From positions 13,702,001-13,766,000 of the forward strand of contig OZ024744.1 of assembly GCA_964016885.1 (NCBI GenBank): a DNA stretch of 64,000 nucleotides. The letters run 5' to 3'. The notes under the pieces are model-generated. The model made no database searches. It worked only from the letters and a program-made list of their open reading frames with translations, and had not been told where the DNA came from. Made by a program: the position numbers and the translations under genes. Positions 12,001 to 27,200 of the stretch are shown piece by piece (position 1 is the first letter of the stretch; each line of letters opens with the position of its first letter). The stretch comes from Eledone cirrhosa (lineage: Eukaryota).

Positions 12001-15000
12001 AAATTGAGGGATCAAAACTCCCATACTATGGACATGTGGTTAGAATGTCTCAGTAGATCAGAGAGTCACTACAGTTAAAGCCACTCTCTAAATTGAGAGA
12101 TCACAACTCCCATAGTATGGACATGTGGTTAGAATGTCTCAGTAGATCAGAGAGTCACTCCAGTTAAAGCCACTCTCTAAAGTGAGAGATCACAACTCCC
12201 ATACTATGGACATGTGGTGAGAATGTCTCAGTAGATCAGAGAGTCACTCCAGTTAAAGCTACTCTCTAAATTGAGAGATCACAACTTCCATACTATGGAC
12301 ATGTGGTTAGAATGTCTCAGTAGATCTGAGAATCACTTCAGTTGAAGCCACTCTCTAAATTGAGAGATCACAACTCCAATAGTATGGTCATGGGGTTTGA
12401 ATGTCTCAGTAGATCAGAGTGTCAATCCAGTTAAAGTTACTCTCTAAATTGAGAGATCACAACTCCAATACTATGGACATGTGGTTAGAATGTCTTAGTA
12501 GATCAGTGTCACTCCAGTTAAAGCCACTCTCTAAATTGAGAGATCACAACTCCCATACCATGGACATGGGGTTTGAATGTCTCAGTAGATCAGAGAGTCA
12601 CTCCAGTTAAAGCCACTCTCTAAATTGAGAGATCACAACTCCCATACTATGGACATGTTGTTAGAATGTCTCAGTAGATCAGAAAGTCACTCCATTTAAA
12701 GCTACACTCTAAATTGAGAGATCACAATTCCTATACTATGGACATGGGGTTAGAATGTCTCAGTAGATCAGAGTGCCACTCCAGTTAAAGCCACTCTCTA
12801 AATTGAGGGATCACAACTCCCATACTATGGACATGTGGTTAGAATGTCTCAGTAGATCAGAGAGTCACTCCAGTTAAAGCCACTCTCTAAATTGACAGAT
12901 CACAACTCCAATACTATGGACATGGGGTTTGAATGTCTCAGTAGATCAGAGAGTCACTTCAGTTAAAGCTACTCTCTAAATTGAGAGATCACAACTTCAA
13001 TACTATGGACATGTGGTTAGAATGTCTCAGTAGATCAGAGAGTCACTCCAGTTAAAGCTACTCTCTAAATTGAGAGATCACAACTCCCATAGTATGGACA
13101 TGTGGTTAGAATGTCTCAGTAGATCAGAGAGTCACTCCAGTTAAAGCCACTCTCTAAATTGAGAGATCACAACTCCCATACTATGGACATGTGGTGAGAA
13201 TGTCTCAGTAGATCAGAGAGTCACTCCAGTTAAAGCTACTCTCTAAATTGAGAGATCACAACTTCCATACTATGGACATGTGGTTAGAATGTCTCAGTAG
13301 ATCAGAGAATCACTTCAGTTGAAGTCACTCTCTAAATTGAGAGATCACAACTCCAATAGTATGGTCATGGGGTTTGAATGTCTCAGTAGATCAGAGTGTC
13401 AATCCAGTTAAAGTTACTCTCTAAATTGAGAGATCACAACTCCAATACTATGGACATGTGGTTAGAATGTCTCAGTAGATCAGAAAGTCACTCCAGATAA
13501 AGCTACACTCTAAATTGAGAGATCACAATTCCTATACTATGGACATGGGGTTAGAATGTCTTAGTAGATCAGAGTGTCACTCCAGTTAAAGCCACTCTCT
13601 AAATTGAGGGATCACAACTCCCATACTATGGACATGTGGTTAGAATGTCTCAGTAGATCAGAAAGTCACTCCAGTTAAAGCTACACTCTAAATTGAGAGA
13701 TCACAACTCCCATACTATGGACATGTGGTTAGAATGTCTCAGTAGATTAGAGTGTCAATCCAGTTAAAGCTACTCTCTAAATTGAGAGATCACAACTCCC
13801 ATACTATGGACATGTGGGTAGAATGTCTCAGTAGATCAGAGAGTCACTCCAGTTAAAGCCACTAATTCTCTAAATTGAGAGATCACAACTCCCATACTAT
13901 GGACATGTGGTTAGAATGTCTCAGTAGATCAGAGAGTCACTCCAGTTAAGCCACTCTCTAAATTGAGAGATCACAACTTCAATACTATGGACATGTGGTT
14001 AGAATGTCTCAGTAGACCAGAGAGTCACTCCAGTTAAAGCTACTCACTAAATTGAGAGATCACAATTCCCATACTATGGACATGGGGTTTGAATGTCTCA
14101 GTAGATCAGAGATTCACTCCAGTTAAAGCTACTCTCTAAATTGAGAGATAACAACTCCAATACTATGGACATGTGGTTAGAATGCCTCAGTAGATTAGAG
14201 TGTCAATCCTGTTAAAGCTACTCTCTAAATTGAGAGATCACAACTCCCATACTATGGACATGTGGGTAGAATGTCTCAGTAGATCAGAGAGTCACTCCAG
14301 TTAAAGCGACTAATTCTCTAAATTGAGAGATCACAACTCCCCTACTATGGACATGGGGTTTGAATGTCTCAGTAGATCAGAGATTCACTCGAGTTAAAGC
14401 AACTCTCTAAATTGAGAGATCACAACTCCAATACTATGGACATGGGGTTTGAAAGTCTCAGTAGATCAGAGTGTCAATCCAGTTAAAGTTACTCTCTAAA
14501 TTGAGAGATCACAACTCCAATACTATGGACATGGGCTTTGAATGTCTCAGTAGATCAGAGAGTCACTCCAGGTAAAGCAACACTCTAAATTGAGAGATCA
14601 CAACTCCAATACTATGGACATGTGGTTAGAATGTCTCAGTAGATCAGAGAGTCATTCCAGTTAAATCCACTCTCTAAATTGAGAGATCACAACTCCCATA
14701 CTATGGACATGGGGTTAGAATGTCTCAGTAGATCAGAGAGTCACTCCAGTTAAAGCTACTCTCTAAATTGAGAGATCACAACTCCCATACTATGGAAATG
14801 TGGTTAGAATGTCTCAGTAGATCAGAGAGTCACTCCAGTTAAAGCCACTCTCTAAATTGAGAGATCAGAACTCCCATACTATAGACATGTTGTTAGAATG
14901 TCTCAGTAGATCAGAAAGTCACTCCAGTTAAAGCTACACTCTAAATTGAGAGTTCACAATTCCTATACTATGGACATGGGGTTAGAATGTCTCAGTAGAT

Positions 15001-18000
15001 CAGAGTGTCACTCCAGTTAAAGCCACTCTCTAAATTGAGGGATCAAAACTCCCATACTATGGACATGTGGTTAGAATGTCTCAGTAGATCAGAGAGTCAC
15101 TACAGTTAAAGCCACTCTCTAAATTGAGAGATCACAACTCCCATAGTATGGACATGTGGTTAGAATGTCTCAGTAGATCAGAGAGTCACTCCAGTTAAAG
15201 CCACTCTCTAAAGTGAGAGATCACAACTCCCATACTATGGACATGTGGTGAGAATGTCTCAGTAGATCAGAGAGTCACTCCAGTTAAAGCTACTCTCTAA
15301 ATTGAGAGATCACAACTTCCATACTATGGACATGTGGTTAGAATGTCTCAGTAGATCTGAGAATCACTTCAGTTGAAGCCACTCTCTAAATTGAGAGATC
15401 ACAACTCCAATAGTATGGTCATGGGGTTTGAATGTCTCAGTAGATCAGAGTGTCAATCCAGTTAAAGTTACTCTCTAAATTGAGAGATCACAACTCCAAT
15501 ACTATGGACATGTGGTTAGAATGTCTTAGTAGATCAGAGTGTCACTCCAGTTAAAGCCACTCTCTAAATTGAGAGATCACAACTCCCATACCATGGACAT
15601 GGGGTTTGAATGTCTCAGTAGATCAGAGATTCACTCCAGTTAAAGCTACTCTCTAAATTGAGAGATCACAACTCCCATAGTATGGACATGTGGTTAGAAT
15701 GTCTCAGTAGATCAGAGAGTCACTCCAGTTAAAGCCACTCTCTAAATTGAGAGATCACAACTCCCATACTATGGACATGTGGTGTGAATGTCACAGTAGA
15801 TCAGAGAGTCACTCCAGTTAAAGCTACTCTCTAAATTGAGAGATCACAACTTCCATACTATGGACATGTGGTTAGAATGTCTCAGTAGATCAGAGAATCA
15901 CTTCAGTTGAAGTCACTCTCTAAATTGAGAGATCACAACTCAATAGTATGGTCATGGGGTTTGAATGTCTCAGTAGATCAGAGTGTCAATCCAGTTAAAG
16001 TTACTCTCTAAATTGAGAGATCACAACTCCAATACTATGGACATGTGGTTAGAATGTCTCAGTAGATCAGAAAGTCACTCCAGATAAAGCTACACTCTAA
16101 ATTGAGAGATCACAATTCCTATACTATGGACATGGGGTTAGAATGTCTTAGTAGATCAGAAAGTCACTCCAGTTAAAGCTACACTCTAAATTGAGAGATC
16201 ACAACTCCCATACTATGGACATGTGGTTAGAATGTCTCAGTAGATTAGAGTGTCAATCCAGTTAAAGCTACTCTCTAAATTGAGAGATCACAACTCCCAT
16301 ACTATGGACATGTGGGTAGAATGTCTCAGTAGATCAGAGAGTCACTCCAGTTAAAGCCACTAATTCTCTAAATTGAGAGATCACATCTCCCATACTATGG
16401 ACATGTGGTTAGAATGTCTCAGTAGATCAGAGAGTCACTCCAGTTAAAGCCACTCTCTAACTTGAGAGATCAGAACTCCCATACTATGGACATGTGGTTA
16501 GAATGTCTCAGTAGATCAGAAAGTCACTCCAGTTAAAGCTACACTCTAAATTGAGAGATCACAATTCCTATACTATGTACATGTGGTTAGAATGTCTCAG
16601 TAGATCAGAGAGTCACTTCAGTTGAAGCCACTCTCTAAATTGAGAGATCACAACTCCACATAGTATGGTCATGGGGTTTGAATGTCTCAGTATATCAGAG
16701 TGTCAATCCAGTTAAAGTTACTCTCTAAATTGAGAGATCACAACTCCAATACTATGGACATGGGCTTTGAATGTCTCAGTAGATCAGAGAGTCACTCCAG
16801 TTAAAGCTACTCTCTAAATTGAGAGATCACAATTCCTATACTATGGACATGGGGTTAGAATGTCTCAGTAGATCAGAGTGTCACTCCAGTTAAAGCCACT
16901 CTCTAAATTGAGGGATCACAACTCCCATACTATGGACATGTGGTTAGAATGTCTCAGTAGATCAGAGAGTCACTCCAGTTAAAGCCACTCTCTAAATTGA
17001 CAGATCACAACTCCAATACTATGGACATGGGGTTTGAATGTCTCAGTAGATCAGAGAGTCACTTCAGTTAAAGCTACTCTCTAAATTGAGAGATCACAAC
17101 TTCAATACTATGGACATGTGGTTAGAATGTCTCAGTAGATCAGAGAGTCACTCCAGTTAAAGCTACTCTCTAAATTGAGAGATCACAACTCCCATAGTAT
17201 GGGCATGTGGTTAGAATGTCTCAGTAGATCAGAGAGTCACTCCAGTTAAAGCCACTCTCTAAATTGAGAGATCACAACTCCCATACTATGGACATGTGGT
17301 GAGAATGTCTCAGTAGATCAGAGAGTCACTCCAGTTAAAGCTACTCTCTAAATTGAGAGATCACAACTTCCATACTATGGACATGTGGTTAGAATGTCTC
17401 AGTAGATCAGAGAATCACTTCAGTTGAAGTCACTCTCTAAATTGAGAGATCACAACTCCAATACTATGGACATGTGGTTAGAATGTCTCAGTAGATCAGA
17501 AAGTCACTCCAGATAAAGCTACACTCTAAATTGAGAGATCACAATTCCTATACTATGGACATGGGGTTAGAATGTCTTAGTAGATCAGAGTGTCACTCCA
17601 GTTAAAGCCACTCTCTAAATTGAGGGATCACAACTCCCATACTATGGACATGTGGTTAGAATGTCTCAGTAGATCAGAAAGTCACTCCAGTTAAAGCTAC
17701 ACTCTAAATTGAGAGATCACAACTCCCATACTATGGACATGTGGTTAGAATGTCTCAGTAGATTAGAGTGTCAATCCAGTTAAAGCTACTCTCTAAATTG
17801 AGAGATCACAACTCCCATACTATGGACATGTGGGTAGAATGTCTCAGTAGATCAGAGAGTCACTCCAGTTAAAGCCACTAATTCTCTAAATTGAGAGATC
17901 ACAACTCCCATACTATGGACATGTGGTTAGAATGTCTCAGTAGATCAGAGAGTCACTCCAGTTAAGCCACTCTCTAAATTGAGAGATCACAACTTCAATA

Positions 18001-21000
18001 CTATGGACATGTGGTTAGAATGTCTCAGTAGATCAGAGAGTCACTCCAGTTAAAGCTACTCTCTAAATTGAGAGTTCACAACTCCCATACTATGGAAATG
18101 TGGTTAGAATGTCTCAGTAGATCAGAGAGTCACTCCAGTTAAAGCCACTCTCTAAATTGAGAGATCAGAACTCCCATACTATGGACATGTTGTTAGAATG
18201 TCTCAGTAGATCAGAAAGTCACTCCAGTTAAAGCTACACTCTAAATTGAGAGATCACAATTCCTATACTATGGACATGGGTTTAGAATGTCTCAGTAGAT
18301 CAGAGTGTCACTCCAGTTAAAGCCACTCTCTAAATTGAGGGATCACAACTCCCATACTATGGACATGTGGTTAGAATGTCTCAGTAGATCAGAGAGTCAC
18401 TCCAGTTAAAGCCACTCTCTAAATTGACAGATCACAACTCCAATAATATGGACATGGGGTTTGAATGTCTCAGTAGATCAGAGAGTCACTTCAGTTAAAG
18501 CTACTCTCTAAATTGAGAGATCACAACTTCAATACTATGGACATGGGGTTTGAAAGTCTCAGTAGATCAGAGTGTCACTCCAGTTAAAGCTACTCTCTAA
18601 ATTGAGAGATTACAACTCCAATACTATGGACATGGGGTTTGAATGTCTCAGTAGATCAGAGAGTCACTCCAGTTAAAGCTACTCTCTAAATTGAGAGATC
18701 ACAACTTCCATACTATGGACATGTGGTTAGAATGTCTCAGTAGATCAGAGAGTCACTCCAGTTAAAGCTACTCTCTAAATTGAGAGATCACAACTCCCAT
18801 ACTATGGACATGTGGTTAGAATGTCTCAGTAGATCAGAGAGTCACTCCAGTTAAAGCCACTCTCTAAATTGAGAGATCACAACTCCCATACTATGGACAT
18901 GTGTTTAGAATGTCTCAGTAGATCAGAGAGTCAATCCAGTTAAAGCTACTCTCTAAATTGAGAGATCACAACTCCTATACTATGGACATGGGGTTAGAAC
19001 GTCTCAGTAGATCAGAGTGTCACTCCAGTTAAAGCCACTCTCTAAATTGAGAGATCACAACTCGCATACTATTGACATGTGGTTAGAATGTCTCAGTAGA
19101 TCAGAGAGTCACTCCAGTTAAAGCTACTCTCTAAATTGAGAGATCACAACTCCCATAGTATGGACATGTGGTTAGAATGTCTCAGTAGATCAGAGAGTCA
19201 CTCCAGTTAAAGCCACTCTCTAAATTGAGAGATCACAACTCCCATACTATGGACATGTGGTGAGAATGTCTCAGTAGATCAGAGAGTCACTCCAGTTAAA
19301 GCTACTCTCTAAATTGAGAGATCACAACTTCCATAATATGGACATGTGGTTAGAATGTCTCAGAAGATTAGAGAATCACTTCAGTTGAAGCCACTCTCTA
19401 AATTGAGAGATCACAACTCCAATAGTATGGTCATGGGGTTTGAATGTCTCAGTAGATCAGAGTGTCAATCCAGTTAAAGTTACTCTCTAAATTGAGAGAT
19501 CACAACTCCAATACTATGGACATGTGGTTAGAATGTCTCAGTAGATCAGAAAGTCACTCCAGATAAAGCTACACTCTAAATTGAGAGATCACAATTCCTA
19601 TACTATGGACATGGGGTTAGAATGTCTTAGTAGATCAGAATGTCACTCCAGTTAAAGCCACTCTCTAAATTGAGGGATCACAACTCCCATGCTATGGACA
19701 TGTGGTTAGAATGTCTCAGTAGATCAGAAAGTCACTCCAGTTAAAGCTACACTCTAAATTGAGAGATCACAACACCCATACTATGGACATGTGGTTAGAA
19801 TGTCTCAGTAGATTAGAGTGTCAATCCAGTTAAAGCTACTCTCTAAATTGAGAGATCACAACTCCCATACTATGGACATGTGGGTAGAATGTCTCAGTAG
19901 ATCAGAGAGTCACTCCAGTTAAGCCACTCTCTAAATTGAGAGATCACAACTTCAATACTATGGACATGTGGTTAGAATGTCTCAGTAGACCAGAGAGTCA
20001 CTCCAGTTAAAGCTACTCACTAAATTGAGAGATCACAATTCCCATACTATGGACATGGGGTTTGAATGTCTCAGTAGATCAGAGATTCACTCCAGTTAAA
20101 GCTACTCTCTAAATTGAGAGATAACAACTCCAATACTATGGACATGTGGTTAGAATGCCTCAGTAGATTAGAGTGTCAATCCTGTTAAAGCTACTCTCTA
20201 AATTGAGAGATCACAACTCCCATACTATGGACATGTGGGTAGAATGTCTCAGTAGATCAGAGAGTCACTCCAGTTAAAGCGACTAATTCTCTAAATTGAG
20301 AGATCACAACTCCCCTACTATGGACATGGGGTTTGAATGTCTCAGTAGATCAGAGATTCACTCGAGTTAAAGCTACTCTCTAAATTGAGAGATCACAACT
20401 CCAATACTATGGACATGGGGTTTGAAAGTCTCAGTAGATCAGAGTGTCAATCCAGTTAAAGTTACTCTCTAAATTGAGAGATCACAACTCCAATACTATG
20501 GACATGGGCTTTGAATGTCTGAGTAGATCAGAGAGTCACTCCAGGTAAAGCTACACTCTAAATTGAGAGATCACAACTCCAATACTATGGACATGTGGTT
20601 AGAATGTCTCAGTAGATCAGAGAGTCATTCCAGTTAAATCCACTCTCTAAATTGAGAGATCACAACTCCCATACTATGGACATGGGGTTAGAATGTCTCA
20701 GTAGATCAGAGAGTCACTCCAGTTAAAGCTACTCTCTAAATTGAGAGATCACAACTCCCATACTATGGAAATGTGGTTAGAATGACTCAGTAGATCAGAG
20801 AGTCACTCCAGTTAAAGCCACTCTCTAAATTGAGAGATCAGAACTCCCATACTATGGACATGTTGTTAGAATGTCTCAGTAGATCAGAAAGTCACTCCAG
20901 TTAAAGCTACACTCTAAATTGAGAGATCACAATTCCTATACTATGGACATGGGGTTAGAATGTCTCAGTAGATCTGAGAATCACTTCAGTTGAAGCCACT

Positions 21001-21200
21001 CTCTAAATTGAGAGATCACAACTCCAATAGTATGGTCATGGGGTTTGAATGTCTCAGTAGATCAGAGTGTCAATCCAGTTAAAGTTACTCTCTAAATTGA
21101 GAGATCACAACTCCAATACTATGGACATGTGGTTAGAATGTCTCAGTAGATCAGAAAGTCACTCCAGATAAAGCTACACTCTAAATTGAGAGATCACAAT
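1..21200. repeat. HOR domain A: mosaic repeats of about 33-36 monomers (2.9-3.2 kb)
   Basis: An ordered variant cassette (GCCACTAATT, GTTAAGCC, AGACC/TCACTAAA, GATAAC, GCCTCAG/CCTGTT, GCGACTAATT/CCCCT, CTCGAG, GGGCTTT, CAGGT, AAATCC) has its AATT insertion at 4501, 7711, 10922 and 13864 (offsets 3210, 3211, 2942), plus a shortened copy near 19.9-20.7 kb. Boundaries are approximate. Confidence 0.8.
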
Positions 21201-24200
21201 TCCTATACTATGGACATGGGGTTAGAATGTCTTAGTAGATCAGAGTGTCACTCCAGTTAAAGCCACTCTCTAAATTGAGAGATCACAACTCCCATACCAT
21301 GGACATGGGGTTTGAATGTCTCAGTAGATCAGAGATTCACTCCAGTTAAAGCTACTCTCTAAATTGAGAGATAACAACTCCAATACTATGGACATGTGGT
21401 TAGAATGTCTCAGTAGATTAGAGTGTCAATCGTGTTAAAGCTACTCTCTAAATTGAGAGATCACAACTTCCATACTATGGACATGTGGGTAGAATGTCTC
21501 AGTAGATCAGAGAGTCACTCCAGTTAAAGGGACTAATTCTCTAAATTGAGAGATCACAACTCCCCTACTATGGACATGGGGTTTGAATGTCTCAGTAGAT
21601 CAGAGATTCACTCCAGTTAAAGCTACTCTCTAAATTGAGAGATCACAACTCCAATACTATGGACATGGGGTTTGAAAGTCTCAGTAGATCAGAGTGTCAC
21701 TCCAGTTAAAGCTACTCTCTAAATTGAGAGATTACAACTCCAATACTATGGACATGTGGTTAGAATGTCTCAGTAGATTAGAGAGTCACTCCAGTTAAAG
21801 CCACTCTCTAAATTGAGAGATCACAACTCCAATACTATGCACAAGGTGTTAGAATGTCTCAGTAGATCAGAGTATCACTCCAGTTAAAGCTACTCTCTAA
21901 ATTGAGAGATCACAACTCCCATACTATGGACATGTGGTTAGAATGTCTCAGTAGATCAGAGAGTCACTCCAGTTAAAGCTACTCTCTAAATTGAGAGATC
22001 ACAACTCCCATACTATGGACATGTGGTTAGAATGTCTCAGTAGATCAGAGAGTCACTCCAGTTAAAGCCACTCTCTAAATTGAGAGATCACAACTCCCAT
22101 ACTATGGACATGTGTTTAGAATGTCTCAGTAGATCAGAGAGTCAATCCAGTTAAAGCTACTCTCTAAATTGAGAGATCACAACTCCTATACTATGGACAT
22201 GGGGTTAGAACGTCTCAGTAGATCAGAGTGTCACTCCAGTTAAAGACACTCTCTAAATTGAGAGATCACAACTCGCATACTATGGACATGTGGTTAGAAT
22301 GTCTCAGTAGATCAGAGAGTCACTCCAGTTAAAGCTACTCTCTAAATTGAGAGATCACAACTCCCATAGTATGGACATGTGGTTAGAATGTCTCAGTAGA
22401 TCAGAGAGTCCCTCCAGTTAAAGCCACTCTCTAAATTGAGAGATCACAACTCCTATAATATGGACATGTGGTGAGAATGTCTCAGTAGATCAGAGAGTCA
22501 CTCCAGTTAAAGCTACTCTCTAAATTGAGAGATCACAACTCCTATACTATGGACATGGGGTTAGAATGTCTCAGTAGATCAGAGTGTCACTCCAGATAAA
22601 GCCACTCTCTAAATTGAGAGATCACAACTTCCATACTATGGACATGTGGTTAGAATGTCTCAGTAGATCAGAGAATCACTTCAGTTGAAGCCACTCTCTA
22701 AATTGAGAGATCACAACTCCAATAGTATGGTCATGGGGTTTGAATGTCTCAGTAGATCAGAGTGTCAATCCAGTTAAAGTTACTCTCTAAATTGAGAGAT
22801 CACAACTCCAATACTATGGACATGTGGTTAGAATGTCTCAGTAGATCAGAAAGTCACTCCAGTTAAAGCTACACTCTAAATTGAGAGATCACAATTCCTA
22901 TACTATGGACATGGGGTTAGAATGTCTTAGTAGATCAGAGTGTCACTCCAGTTAAAGCCACTCTCTAAATTGAGGGATCACAACTCCCATAGTATGGACA
23001 TGTGGTTAGAATGTCTCAGTAGATCAGAGTGTCACTCCAGTTAAAGCCACTCTCTAAATTGAGAGATCACAACTCCAATACTATGGACATGTGGTTAGAA
23101 TGTCTCAGTAGATTAGAGAGTCACTCCAGTTACAGCCACTCTCTAAATTGAGAGATCACAACTCCAATACTATGGACATGTGGTTAGAATGTCTCAGTAG
23201 ATCAGAGAGTCACTTCAGTTGAAGCCACTCTCTAAATTGAGAGATCACAACTCCAATAGTATGGTTATGGGGTTTGAATGTCTCAGTAGATCAGAGTGTC
23301 AATCCAGTTAAAGTTACTCTCTAAATTGAGAGATCACAACTCCAATACTATGGACATGTGGTTAGAATGTCTCAGTAGATCAGAAAGTCACTCCAGTTAA
23401 AGCTACACTCTAAATTGAGAGATCACAATTCCTATACTATGGACATGTGGTTAGAATGTCTCAGTAGATCAGAAACTCACTTCAGTTGAAGCCACTCTCT
23501 ACATTGAGAGATCACAACTCCACATAGTATGGTCATGGGGTTTGAATGTCTCAGTAGATCAGAGTGTCAATCCAGTTAAAGTTACTCTCTAAATTGAGGG
23601 ATCACAACTCCAATACTATGGACATGGGCTTTGAATGTCTCAGTAGATCAGAGAGTCACTCCAGGTAAAGCTACACTCTAAATTGAGAGATCACAACTCC
23701 AATACTATGGACATGTGGTTAGAATGTCTCAGTAGATCAGAGAGTCATTCCAGTTAAAGCCACTCTCTAAATTGAGAGATCACAACTCCCATACTATGGA
23801 CATGTGGTTAGAATGTCTCAGTAGATCAGAGAGTCACTCCAGTTAAAGCTACTCTCTAAATTGAGAGATCACAACTTCCATACTATGGACATGTGGTTAG
23901 AATGTCTCAGTAGATCAGAGAGTCACTCCAGTTAAAGCTACTCTCTAAATTGAGAGATCACAACTCCCATACTATGGACATGTGGTTAGAATGTCTCAGT
24001 AGATCAGAGAGTCACTCCAGTTAAAGCCACTCTCTAAATTGAGAGATCACACCTCCCATAGTATGGACATGTGGTTAGAATGTCTCAGTAGATCAGAGAG
24101 TCACTCTAGTTAAAGCCACTCTCTAAATTGAGAGATCACAACTCCCATACTATGGACATGTGGTGAGAATGTCTCAGTAGATCAGAGAGTCACTCCAGTT

Positions 24201-27200
24201 AAAGCTACTCTCTAAATTGAGAGATCACAACTCCTATACTATGGACATGGGGTTAGAATGTCTCAGTAGATCAGAGTGTCACTCCAGATAAAGCCACTCT
24301 CTAAATTGAGAGATCACAAATTCCATACTATGGACATGTGGTTAGAATGTCTCAGTAGATCACAGAATCACTTCAGTTGAAGCCACTCTCTAAATTGAGA
24401 GATCACAACTCCAATAGTATGGTCATGGGGTTTGAATGTCTCAGTAGATCAGAGTGTCAATCCAGTTAAAGTTACTCTCTAAATTGAGAGATCACAACTC
24501 CAATACTATGGACATGTGGTTAGAATGTCTCAGTAGATCAGAAAGTCACTCCAGTTAAAGCTACACTCTAAATTGAGAGATCACAATTCCTATAATATGG
24601 ACATGGGTTTAGAATGTCTTAGTAGATCAGAGTGTCACTCCAGTTAAAGCCTCTCTCTAAATTGAGGGATCACAACTCCCATTCTATGGACATGTGGTTA
24701 GAATGTCTCAGTAGATCAGAAAGTCACTCCAGTTAAAGCTACTCTCTTAATTGAGAGATCACAACTCCCATACTATGGACATGTGGGTAGAATGTCTCAG
24801 TAGATCAGAGAGTCACTCCAGTTAAAGCCACTAATTCTCTAAATTGAGAGATCACAACTCCCATACTATGGACATGTGGTTAGAATGTCTCAGTAGATCA
24901 GAGAGTCACTCCAGTTAAGCCACTCTCTAAATTGAGAGATCACAACTTCAATACTATGGACATGTGGTTAGAATGTCTCAGTAGATCAGAGAGTCACTCC
25001 AGTTAAAGCTACTCACTAAATTGAGAGATCACAACTCCCATACCATGAACATGGGGTTTGAATGTCTCAGTAGATCAGAGATTCACTCCAGTTAAAGCTA
25101 CTCTCTAAATTGAGAGATAACAACTCCAATACTATGGACATGTGCTTAGAATGTCTCAGTAGATTAGAGTGTCAATCCTGTTAAAGCTACTCTCTAAATT
25201 GAGAGATCACAACTCCCATACTATGGACATGTGGGTAGAATGTCTCAGTAGATCAGAGATTCACTCCAGTTAAAGCGACTAATTCTCTAAATTGAGAGAT
25301 CACAACTCCCCTACTATGGACATAGGGTTTGAATGTCTCAGTAGATCAGAGATTCACTCCAGTTAAAGCTAATCTCTAAATTGAGAGATCACAACTCCAA
25401 TACTATGGACATGGGGTTTGAAAGTCTCAGTAGATCAGAGTGTCACTCCAGTTAAAGCTACTCTCTAAATTGAGAGACTACAACTCCAATACTATGGACA
25501 TGTGGTTAGAATGTCTCAGTAGATTAGAGAGTCACTCCAGTTAAAGCCACTATCTAAATTGAGAGATCACAACTCCAATACTATGGATATGGGGTTAGAA
25601 TGTCTCAGTAGATCAGAGTATCTCTCCACTTAAAGCTACTCTCTAAATTGAGAGATCACAACTCCCATACTATGGACATGTGGTTAGAATGTCTCAGTAG
25701 ATCAGGGAGTCACTCCAGTTAAAGCTACTCTCTAAATTGAGAGATCACAACTCCCATATTATGGACATGTGGTTACAATGTCTCAGTAGATCAGAGAGTC
25801 ACTCCAGTTAAAGCCACTCTCTAAATTGAGAGATCACAACTCCCATACTATGGACATGTGTTTAGAATGTCTCAGTAGATCAGAGAGTCAATCCAGTTAA
25901 AGCTACTCTCTAAATTGAGAGATCACAACTCCTATACTATGGACATGGGGTTAGAACGTCTCAGTAGATCAGAGTGTCACTCCAGTTAAAGCCACTCTCT
26001 AAATTGAGAGATCACAACTCGCATACTATGGACATGTGGTTAGAATGTCTCAGTAGATCAGAGAGTCACTCCAGTTAAAGCTACTCTCTAAATTGAGAGA
26101 TCACAACTCCCATAGTATGGACATGTGGTTAGAATGTCTCAGTAGATCAGAGAGTCCCTCCAGTTAAAGCCACTCTCTAAATTGAGATATCACAACTCCC
26201 ATACTATGGACATGTGGTGAGAATGTCTCAGTAGATCAGAGAGTCACTCCAGTTAAAGCTACTCTCTAAATTGAGAGATCACAACTCCTATACTATGGAC
26301 ATGGGGTTAGAATGTCTCAGTAGATCAGAGTGTCACTCCAGATAAAGCCACTCTCTAAATTGAGAGATCACAACTTCCATACTATGGACATGTGGTTAGA
26401 ATGTCTCAGTAGATCAGAGAATCACTTCAGTTGAAGTCACTCTCTAAATTGAGAGATCACAACTCCAATAGTATGGTCATGGGGTTTGAATGTCTCAGTA
26501 GATCAGAGTGTCAATCCAGTTAAAGTTACTCTCTAAATTGAGAGATCACAACTCCAATACTATGGACATGTGGTTAGAATGTCTCAGTAGATCAGAAAGT
26601 CACTCCAGTTAAAGCTACACTCTAAATTGAGAGATCACAATTCCTATACTATGGACATGGGGTTAGAATGTCTTAGTAGATCAGAGTGTCACTCCAGTTA
26701 AAGCCACTCTCTAAATTGAGGGATCACAACTCCCATACTATGGACATGTGGTTAGAATGTCTCAGTAGATCAGAAAGTCACTCCAGTTAAAGCTACACTC
26801 TAAATTGAGAGATCACAACTCCCATACTATGGACATGTGGTTAGAATGTCTCAGTAGATTAGAGTGTCAATCCTGTTAAAGCTACTCTCTAAATTGAGAG
26901 ATCACAACTCCCATACTATGGACATGTGGGTAGAATGTCTCAGTAGATCAGAGAGTCACTCCAGTTAAAGCCACTAATTCTCTAAATTGAGAGATCACAA
27001 CTCCCATTCTATGGACATGTGGTTAGAATGTCTCAGTAGATCAGAGAGTCACTCCAGTTAAGCCACTATCTAAATTGAGAGATCACAACTTCAATACTAT
27101 GGACATGGGGTTTGAATGTCTCAGTAGATCAGAGATTCACTCCAGTTAAAGCTACTCTCTAAATTGAGAGATAACAACTCCAATACTATGGACATGTGCT

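Noticed and set aside
12419-12610. 63-aa ORF from the supplied track
   Set aside because: It lies entirely within satellite monomers, starts at GTG, and exists only because of a 2-bp deletion (GATCAGTGTC at 12501-12510). The paralogous monomer near 15531 lacks the deletion, which could even be a sequencing error.
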